Source: an uncultured Alphaproteobacteria bacterium (GTDB lineage: Bacteria > Pseudomonadota > Alphaproteobacteria > Rickettsiales > UBA6187). From it: 49,167 bases of DNA. This document shows positions 9,785-16,057 of the stretch, piece after piece. The position numbers and the translations under genes are program-made. The notes under the pieces are model-generated. The model was not told the DNA's origin, searched no databases, and saw nothing but the letters and a program-made list of their open reading frames with translations. The stretch's first letter is position 1, and every line of letters begins with the position of its first letter. The stretch covers positions 1 to 49,167 of the forward strand of contig CALCTU010000032.1 in assembly GCA_937907045.1 (NCBI GenBank), given 5' to 3'.

Positions 9785-9813
9785 ATTATATAACATAAAA
9801 TGTGCAGTGTAAA
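9785..9813 (-). promoter_or_regulatory. Near-consensus sigma70-type promoter for P3/pilY1-A (TTTACA-N17-TATAAT)
   Basis: The minus strand reads TTTACActgcacattttatgttaTATAAT. The -10 is at 9785-9790 and the -35 at 9808-9813, ~45 nt upstream of the P3 ATG. Confidence 0.5.
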
Positions 9814-9928
9814 GTAAGTTATTCAACTTATAGTGTGTTTTTGTGAGTATAATTGTTACGACGTATTCGTTATTTCTATTTTCAATGCTTGTTAGTGTAG
9901 ATGTAAAATAGATGCTTTGGTTTTGTTG

Positions 9929-9972
9929 TCCTGATGGTATTTCGTAAACTCATGCACGAAATACCATCAGGA
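9929..9972. terminator. 16-bp perfect inverted repeat (hairpin) directly after the P4 stop codon
   Basis: Arms tcctgatggtatttcg (9929-9944) and cgaaataccatcagga (9957-9972), 12-nt loop. The T-run (gaattttta) is on the plus-strand side only, so for the minus-strand operon it is a U-tract-less stem. Confidence 0.5.
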
Positions 9973-9978
9973 GAATTT

Positions 9979-10467
9979 TTATTGTTGGCTAATGATAATA
10001 CGTTCATTGTCAAGATGGGCGTATCCTTGGACCATAAAGCGTACCAATAGGTTGCTGTCGGTAGCAACAACGGTGTTATAATATTTTCGTATCCGATAGT
10101 CCGGATGTGGTTTTTGTTTTAATTTACCAAAATTTTGTTCCATTGTTGTTACAAGGGTATCTTGTTTTTCTGTATTAATTTGATGTGAAATCATAATGCC
10201 TTTTAGTGCATTATTTTCAAATAACCCAGAAATAGAAGAGTTCTTTGGTAGATTAGTACATGCATTGTTTGCTGAAAATGTAATTGTTCCAGATCCAGAA
10301 ACAAGCTGTTTTTGTGCTTGTGGTGAAGTATGTTGTACGTCAAAATAATGTAATACATCATCGAGTGGACTACCAAAGGGCAGTTGGTTTAGATCACAAG
10401 CATATGATGATGAATGAAAGCTAATAAAAATGAAAATGCTAAGAATGCGTGTATAATAATGTCTCAC
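9979..10467 (-). CDS. Small secreted Cys-containing protein, paralog P4 (no PilY1 directly downstream)
   Basis: 162 aa with GTG start and signal peptide ...SSYA|C. C-DLNQLPFG resembles P1 C-QLENLPLG. Second Cys in NNACT; KPHPDY motif. It is followed by a 16-bp perfect hairpin. Confidence 0.65.
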   Translation of the reverse strand: MRHYYTRILSIFIFISFHSSSYACDLNQLPFGSPLDDVLHYFDVQHTSPQAQKQLVSGSGTITFSANNACTNLPKNSSISGLFENNALKGIMISHQINTEKQDTLVTTMEQNFGKLKQKPHPDYRIRKYYNTVVATDSNLLVRFMVQGYAHLDNERIIISQQ

Positions 10468-10521
10468 CGTTTAGTATCACTTTCCCCCCACAGCGCTCTT
10501 AACGGAATAAAAGCTTTGCCC

Positions 10522-10550
10522 AGTATAATTAAGGATGGGTGAGTTGTAAA
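10522..10550 (-). promoter_or_regulatory. Sigma70-type promoter candidate for P4 (TTTACA-N17-TATACT)
   Basis: The minus strand reads TTTACAactcacccatccttaatTATACT. The -10 is at 10522-10527 and the -35 at 10545-10550, in the 160-nt gap after pilW. Confidence 0.4.
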
Positions 10551-10629
10551 GAAAATAATCAACCAAAAGTATGCAAGTGAGGTTAACGGTGGCGTGAGGC
10601 TAAGTATTAACGCATTACAAAAGAGGCTT

Positions 10630-11346
10630 TTAGTTGTTTCTTAGCTGAACGGTGGTATCGAAACTTTGTCTAAGATAATTGTCTGTGAATGTAAAGTTTG
10701 TGTTCCCAAAATGGTGCCAGGTGTTTCTGCTATAGGTTCCTTGGCTGCGCTTTAATGGGTTTGGACTACGAAGTACTAACGTGATATCAACAACGTTAAT
10801 AAGCTGTGGATTTGCAGGATCGTCAACACGTATCTGAAATGCATCAACATAGTCAGTTACTACGCCAGCCGTGCCAAGTGTATAGTCGGTTGCATCATCA
10901 GGGTTGGCAGTAGTGGTGGTATCTCTGCGAACCATTAATTGCCTGGTTGCTCCTGGCAAGGCAGTGCTGTCTGCAATGGAATAAAGTACACGATTGCGAG
11001 TGACTACGTCAGTGATAGGGTCTTTGGTGTCATAATAAATAGTGATTTCATCCCAATTACTTCCAGCTGTATCTGTATCAATAACAATGGGAGTGGAAAT
11101 ATCGCCTAGTATCGGATCAAAATTGGTATTATCAAGCAACGTATTGCCAGCCATCCGTATATCGCGAATGATAAAATTAATTGTTGGTAAGCCATTAATT
11201 TGTAAGAATGATTGGTTTTCCATGCGATCATGGTAGCGTGCAATAATAATATATGAGGCAAATGATCCCATCACTACAATTGATCCTACTGCTACAGCCA
11301 ACAGTAATTCCAACATTGTAAAACCATGCTGTTTTTGCCTACTCAT
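10630..11346 (-). CDS. pilW: Type IV pilus minor pilin PilW
   Basis: Prepilin leader and cleavage motif MSRQKQHG|FTMLELLLAVAVGSIVV, then the IRDIRMAGN block typical of PilW. I prefer the ATG at 11346 over the track start at 11376; it overlaps the pilV stop by 8 nt. Confidence 0.75.
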   Translation of the reverse strand: MSRQKQHGFTMLELLLAVAVGSIVVMGSFASYIIIARYHDRMENQSFLQINGLPTINFIIRDIRMAGNTLLDNTNFDPILGDISTPIVIDTDTAGSNWDEITIYYDTKDPITDVVTRNRVLYSIADSTALPGATRQLMVRRDTTTTANPDDATDYTLGTAGVVTDYVDAFQIRVDDPANPQLINVVDITLVLRSPNPLKRSQGTYSRNTWHHFGNTNFTFTDNYLRQSFDTTVQLRNN

Positions 11347-11899
11347 TATATATTCTCCTAAGGCTAACTTGTGCACGAGGTGGGGTTACCGGTGGATCAT
11401 TATATGCAGTTAATGTAACAATCACCACGGTACCGGCGGCGGGATTGGTAGCGTCCAGCGGTTGAGAAGTAATAGTTCTGACATTATTTGCAGAGGTGAC
11501 CATGTCACTTGATGTGGTACCAACGCCACTAGCGATGGTGACTTGGCCCTCGCCATCAAAATTATATTTCATGCGTTTACACCATTCGTACATACGTTGG
11601 TTGGGTGTAGGGTTGACTGGTGGCCCACTGCTCCAATCTCCTATTGCATTGGCGTCATCGCAACTAGTTAAGGACCCTCCAGTATAGGTACTAAGATTGG
11701 CTAGGTCGCTATCAATGATTTCATGAATTTGTTCGGCCTGTAGCTGTAGGATTTGACGCGCAGTTGCAAAGCGTGCTGAACGTTCAGAAACCATAACCAT
11801 AAGGTGGGTGCCAACAAAACCAATAGCAAGAATTACCGTTGCCACCAACGCTTCCAGTAGCGTAAATCCTGATTGTGATTGGTTTGAGGTGACTTTCAT
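11339..11899 (-). CDS. pilV: Type IV pilus minor pilin PilV
   Basis: 186 aa. MKVTSNQSQSG|FTLLEALVATVILAIGFVG matches the PilV signature GF(S/T)LxExLVA..(I/L)..G..G. Position is between fimT-like and pilW. Confidence 0.75.
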   Translation of the reverse strand: MKVTSNQSQSGFTLLEALVATVILAIGFVGTHLMVMVSERSARFATARQILQLQAEQIHEIIDSDLANLSTYTGGSLTSCDDANAIGDWSSGPPVNPTPNQRMYEWCKRMKYNFDGEGQVTIASGVGTTSSDMVTSANNVRTITSQPLDATNPAAGTVVIVTLTAYNDPPVTPPRAQVSLRRIYNE

Positions 11900-11910
11900 T
11901 GATGGTGCCC

Positions 11911-12429
11911 TTACTGTATTAAAATATAACCTGATGCCTGTGAAACCGAGATGGTGCGTGTTTGTGCTTCAGCAGGAGACCCTGATGCTGGTGCAAGGGT
12001 CAGCGTGGGAGTGGTACCATTTGATGTGCCATCACGATAAAAGCATAGGTCGTCATCAAAGGTAAGTTCGTATCCGGTTGGTATATTGATATCAATACTT
12101 GCCCGTGTAACATCATTAACGTTCGTTGCATTGCATGTTGTTGGTGGTGGTGTGCCGCTTTCTTGGAACAATGATACGGTCACAGTATTGGGTGTTGTAG
12201 ATGTAGCAACATTCACTCGGGTTGTAATAGCAGATGATGAAGCAACATGACGTGCATACTGAAATTGTTGTGATATTTGGTTCACGCTATTTTGGAGTGT
12301 GTTGCGCGAGCTAAACAAGCCGCTATCTTGAAAAGAGAACGTTGCCATGATGGCAATAATGGCAATGGTAATTAATAACTCAAGTAGAGTAAAGCCATTA
12401 GCGTGTTTATGGTTAGTGGTGTGCAACAT
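11911..12429 (-). CDS. fimT: GspH/FimT/FimU-family minor pilin
   Basis: Leader MLHTTNHKHANG|FTLLELLITIAIIAIMA followed by a helical segment (NTLQNSVNQISQQFQYARHVA) typical of FimT/FimU. The ATG at 12429 (or TTG at 12435) lies inside the 3' end of pilT. Confidence 0.7.
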   Translation of the reverse strand: MLHTTNHKHANGFTLLELLITIAIIAIMATFSFQDSGLFSSRNTLQNSVNQISQQFQYARHVASSSAITTRVNVATSTTPNTVTVSLFQESGTPPPTTCNATNVNDVTRASIDINIPTGYELTFDDDLCFYRDGTSNGTTPTLTLAPASGSPAEAQTRTISVSQASGYILIQ

Positions 12430-13423
12430 CCTCAAGCCTAATTATATTGTTTGCTATTAAGTAATTAACTGAATCTTCCATGGTCATCATGCCAAGTGAT
12501 TTTCCTGTTTGCATGGCGTGTTCTATTTGGAAGATTTTGTTCTCACGTATCAAGTTGGCAATGGCCACATTACATACCATTACCTCAAAAGCGGCAATTC
12601 GACCTGGTTGGTCAATACGTTTAATAAGTTGTTGTGTGACAACCAAGCGCAGGGATTGTGACAGTTGTGAACGGGCCTGGGCTTGTTGTTCGGGTGGGAA
12701 TACGTCTAAAATACGATTCACCGAGCTAGGTGCGCCATTGGTGTGTAGTGTACCAAATACTAAGTGACCAGTTTCAGCGGCAGTAAGTGCTAACGATACG
12801 GTTTCCAGATCACGCATCTCACCAAGTAATATGACGTCCGGGTCTTCACGTAAGCTTGCTTTTAGTGCACTTCCAAATGACATCGCATCTTTTCCTACTT
12901 CACGCTGTGAAACAATAGAAGTTTTACTTCGGTGAATAAATTCGATTGGATCTTCAATAGTGATAATATTTTCGTGGCGTTGCTCATTTACTCTATTTAC
13001 AATGGAAGCCAGGGTAGTAGATTTACCAGATCCTGTAGGACCGGTTACAAGTACAAGTCCATTTTTTTCATGTGTAATGTCCATGACTGCTTGTGGTAAT
13101 CCAAGCGCTTCAATGGGAGGTGCTTCGGTTTCGATTTTACGTAGTACCATTGCTGGGCCATTGAGTGTATTATATAAATTTGCCCTGAAACGAAAAAACT
13201 CAGTAGGAATGGCGAAGTCGAGATCTTTTTGGACGGCATATTGTTCTTTTTGGTCATCGTCTAAAATTTCTTGAATAAAATTCTCGACGTCTTGGCGTGT
13301 GATAAAGTCATTGGGCTGTATTTCGATAGAACCGTGCAGGCGCAGTGCAATCGGCTCGTCTGAATGAATATGAATATCCGACAAGTCGAAATTTTGAGTG
13401 TAACTGACAATTTTTTCGAGCAC
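12413..13423 (-). CDS. pilT: Type IV pilus retraction ATPase PilT
   Basis: 336 aa. Walker A GPTGSGKST, Walker B DVILLGEMRD, His box GHLVFGTLHT, and the PilT-type motif AIANLIRENK. GTG start with AGAGG SD. Confidence 0.9.
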   Translation of the reverse strand: MLEKIVSYTQNFDLSDIHIHSDEPIALRLHGSIEIQPNDFITRQDVENFIQEILDDDQKEQYAVQKDLDFAIPTEFFRFRANLYNTLNGPAMVLRKIETEAPPIEALGLPQAVMDITHEKNGLVLVTGPTGSGKSTTLASIVNRVNEQRHENIITIEDPIEFIHRSKTSIVSQREVGKDAMSFGSALKASLREDPDVILLGEMRDLETVSLALTAAETGHLVFGTLHTNGAPSSVNRILDVFPPEQQAQARSQLSQSLRLVVTQQLIKRIDQPGRIAAFEVMVCNVAIANLIRENKIFQIEHAMQTGKSLGMMTMEDSVNYLIANNIIRLEDVAHH

Positions 13424-13528
13424 GATCGTACCTCTTTTTTGTGATTTTGCACTTTAAATGCAAGCTATTGGCGTACATGCCAACCTTGTTAAAAGCGTAT
13501 CACAAAAAGATTAACGATTTATTAATGA

Positions 13529-14257
13529 TTAGTTATAGAGCCACATGGTAATTTCATAACCCCATAATAAGCAGATAACGCCTGCAATTGCTAACGCAGG
13601 CCCAAAAGGATAAGGCTCAGTATAATGTTTTCCTCTCAGAGGGTTGACAATAAGTGCCAATGCAATGCCTATAAATGATGATAGAATGATAATAAGCGGT
13701 AGTTGTACTGCTCCTGTCCAGGCACCTAATGCGCCAAGTAGTTTGAAGTCTCCCATGCCCATGCCTTCTTTTTTTCGAATCAATTTAAACAAACTATTTA
13801 CTGACCATAATATGCCAAAGCCTAAAATTGCTCCGAGCATTGCTTCGTTAAAGGTGGTAAAAACAATAAAATAATTAGCAAATAGTCCGATTGGGATGAG
13901 GGGTAGAATGAGTAAATCAGGTAAATACATGTATTTTAAGTCAATAGCAGACGCTATTAATAATAGGTGGCATAATAACAATGCTAGAACGGTTTCAAGG
14001 TCAATACCGCCACTACTATATAAGTAGCCGGCGCATATTAACCATATTACCATGATTGAAAAATAATAACGTGGTTGCCATAATGATACATAGTTCTTAT
14101 TTTCGTTAAAATGCTTATCAAAGTAACGAAATGACCATCCTGATAATATATCTAGAGTAAGTACAAGAATAATTGCGTATAATACGTAAGGTAGGTAATT
14201 GATGGTAAAATCTAGTGAAAACATAAACAATCCATAACTAATAATTGCACTTGGCAA
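13529..14257 (-). CDS. pilD: Prepilin peptidase (A24 family) PilD, with short Cys-less N-terminal region
   Basis: Multi-pass membrane protein carrying both aspartyl-protease motifs (ASAIDLKYMYLPD and GMGMGDFKLLGALGAW). The start is uncertain: TTG at 14257 or ATG at 14224. Confidence 0.8.
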   Translation of the reverse strand: MPSAIISYGLFMFSLDFTINYLPYVLYAIILVLTLDILSGWSFRYFDKHFNENKNYVSLWQPRYYFSIMVIWLICAGYLYSSGGIDLETVLALLLCHLLLIASAIDLKYMYLPDLLILPLIPIGLFANYFIVFTTFNEAMLGAILGFGILWSVNSLFKLIRKKEGMGMGDFKLLGALGAWTGAVQLPLIIILSSFIGIALALIVNPLRGKHYTEPYPFGPALAIAGVICLLWGYEITMWLYN

Positions 14258-14288
14258 AAGGAAATATTACTATTAAATTACGTAAAAC

Positions 14289-14317
14289 TTTACAAGTTAT
14301 AATAGATATGTTATAAG
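14289..14317 (+). promoter_or_regulatory. Sigma70-type promoter candidate for pilA (TTTACA-N17-TATAAG)
   Basis: TTTACAagttataatagatatgtTATAAG lies in the pilD-pilA divergent region. I found no sigma54 -24/-12 element. Confidence 0.4.
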
Positions 14318-14376
14318 TGGTAATGTTATTTAATTTTTATTAATTATATTAATATATCCGAAGGGGGGATATAAAA

Positions 14377-14871
14377 ATGACAAAAAATCGTAAATTTGAA
14401 TCGGGTTTTACCCTTATCGAGCTGTTGATCGTTGTTGCGATCCTCGGTATTCTTGCTGCTGTCGGTATTCCGCAGTACCAAGATTATCAAACTCAATCTG
14501 AGATCAACAAAAACGTTCAACAACACCACCAAACTGCTAACTTAGTTAGCAATACAATTGGTGGTTGTCGTTTGGGTGGTATCATCTTAGGTGGTACAAC
14601 TTACGACTGTCCAGTGTATGATGGTATCTCAGGTACTGCTGCAGTAACTGCGGCAAACTATGTTTCTTATCTTGATACAACAGCTCAAAGTACAGCTTCA
14701 TTTACTGCAACTGACAGTGCTACTGCTGCTACTTCATTTGCAGTTGGTGAAACAAACGTTCAGTTTGATACTACTGCTGGTAATGCGGTTGTTAGTACAT
14801 GTACAGGTGCAGCTGACATTACTGCAGCATGCACGACTGCTGATTTGACTACTACAATTGTATTGCAATAA
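14377..14871 (+). CDS. pilA: Type IVa major pilin candidate, Thr/Ser/Ala-rich C-terminal half
   Basis: [10 protein letters not shown]|[27 protein letters not shown] is a classical type IVa prepilin. It has a C-terminal Cys pair ([13 protein letters not shown]). A G6 SD tract lies 8 nt upstream. Confidence 0.85.
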   Translation: MTKNRKFESGFTLIELLIVVAILGILAAVGIPQYQDYQTQSEINKNVQQHHQTANLVSNTIGGCRLGGIILGGTTYDCPVYDGISGTAAVTAANYVSYLDTTAQSTASFTATDSATAATSFAVGETNVQFDTTAGNAVVSTCTGAADITAACTTADLTTTIVLQ

Positions 14872-14904
14872 TATTGCGATAATACAATTTGTTAATTTAC
14901 AGGT

Positions 14905-14933
14905 GAAAGAGATGGCAGTGCGCTATCTCTTTC
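14905..14933 (+). terminator. 9-bp hairpin between the two pilin genes (possible attenuator/partial terminator)
   Basis: Arms gaaagagat (14905-14913) and atctctttc (14925-14933), 11-nt loop, followed by atccttt (weak U tract). Confidence 0.35.
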
Positions 14934-14959
14934 ATCCTTTAAGAAGGGGGAGAGGGCAT

Positions 14960-15367
14960 ATGAAAGGGTTTACACTACTAGAACTCTTGATTGTTGTAGC
15001 TATACTTGGCATTATTGCTGCAGTTGGTATGCCGGTGTACCAAAATTACGCACAGAGTGCAGAGGCATCTGTTGCCCAAAATAATCTTAGAGCTATTCAC
15101 TCCCATCAAGAAGAATATTTTTCACGAAATGGTGCTTATTATACCACAGCGGCGTGTCCAGCTACTGCAGGAACGTCTGCGGATATCATTAAAACCAACA
15201 TTGATGACAATCTCTTTTTCGGTGATCAATTTATTCAAAATGATACGGTTTACATTTATTGTATAGACGACGACACTGGTGCAGCACCTATTGTCAATTA
15301 TACGGCTAAAGCTGAAGGTGGTGCCACAGATCTACAAATTGATGAAACCGGTGCAACAAATTTCTAA
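14960..15367 (+). CDS. Second type IVa pilin (PilE/PilA-like)
   Basis: MKG|[27 protein letters not shown], with Cys pair AAC...YIYC. I prefer the ATG at 14960 (SD AAGGGGGAGAGG) over the track start at 14858, which would add a non-pilin extension ahead of the leader. Confidence 0.8.
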   Translation: MKGFTLLELLIVVAILGIIAAVGMPVYQNYAQSAEASVAQNNLRAIHSHQEEYFSRNGAYYTTAACPATAGTSADIIKTNIDDNLFFGDQFIQNDTVYIYCIDDDTGAAPIVNYTAKAEGGATDLQIDETGATNF

Positions 15368-15403
15368 TGTATAAATTGTAGCAATAATAGGTAATGCAAA
15401 GTT

Positions 15404-15781
15404 ATGGCTTCTTCAGATAAACCTTCCATATTATTAGTTGAAGATGTGAATATGTTTCTAAGTATTGCTCAGGCGATGCTTGAGGGGCACGAGCTTAATT
15501 TGGCACGTACTGCCAAAGAAGGTATGGAAAAATTTACAGCGTGTAATCCTGATATTGTGTTTTTGGACATTGCGTTACCCGATGGTAATGGCATGGATAT
15601 GTTGCAACAAATGCTTGCTGCTAATCCAAAGGCTTTTATTGTTATGCTTACGGCCAGCAGACTGATAGATGACGTTCATAAGGCCATGGAGTATGGTGCT
15701 AAAAGCTACATTATGAAGCCATTCTCAAAAGAAAATCTTCAAGAAATATTGGACCTGTATCACCAGACAAAAGGGCTATAA
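15404..15781 (+). CDS. Single-domain (receiver-only, CheY/PilH-like) response regulator
   Basis: 125 aa. ILLVEDVN..., the phospho-acceptor context DIVFLDIALPDGNG, LTAS and the conserved K in YIMKPF. No output domain. Confidence 0.8.
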   Translation: MASSDKPSILLVEDVNMFLSIAQAMLEGHELNLARTAKEGMEKFTACNPDIVFLDIALPDGNGMDMLQQMLAANPKAFIVMLTASRLIDDVHKAMEYGAKSYIMKPFSKENLQEILDLYHQTKGL

Positions 15782-15821
15782 CGTTGCCCTCTAGTGAATA
15801 TTGATAGCGGCTTATTTGGTT

Positions 15822-16037
15822 TTAAAGTAACCACAAGTGGGTGACGTCGGTTTGATCGTTCATTTCATATTCCACAATATCCTGATCAATGAGACTAACA
15901 ATAGCAGCTTCGGCTTCTTTGTCAGATAGTCCTTCATTGGATGCAAGTAATAATAGATTCTTAGGAGACATTGCATTTTCTAAGCCGTTAGCGCCTGCCT
16001 CTTTGAGGATTTTGATAACTTTTTCTTCAGTACTCAT
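15822..16037 (-). CDS. Hypothetical small acidic protein (71 aa)
   Basis: The ORF sits 20 nt upstream of mrp/apbC on the same strand with compact spacing. I recognise no motif. Confidence 0.4.
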   Translation of the reverse strand: MSTEEKVIKILKEAGANGLENAMSPKNLLLLASNEGLSDKEAEAAIVSLIDQDIVEYEMNDQTDVTHLWLL

Positions 16038-16057
16038 GCCGTAGTTCCTTTTATGTA

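Noticed and set aside
9929-9972. The 16-bp inverted repeat as a MITE/REP-type mobile element
   Set aside because: I saw only one copy in the window. A 10-nt partial match (ataccatcag) near 34857 is probably coincidental. There are no flanking direct repeats.
9882-10070. 62-aa minus-strand ORF spanning the P4 3' end and the 16-bp hairpin
   Set aside because: It overlaps P4 in another frame and runs through the inverted repeat. It has no SD and no conserved features.
324-10467. Interpretation of the P1-P4 small proteins as lipoproteins, because a Cys follows the signal peptide
   Set aside because: The residues at -3 to -1 (ALA, AYA, SYA, SYA) do not fit the L-(A/S)-(G/A)-C lipobox. An AxA signal peptidase I site followed by Cys fits better. 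LipoP or SignalP should still be run.
13458-13483. Possible sigma54 promoter upstream of pilT (minus strand TTGGCAT...TTGCAT)
   Set aside because: The GG and GC elements are separated by ~13 nt instead of the fixed spacing of -24/-12 promoters. No sigma54-type element is seen upstream of pilA either.
14344-14532. 62-aa minus-strand ORF opposite the pilA start
   Set aside because: It is antisense to a canonical prepilin leader region.
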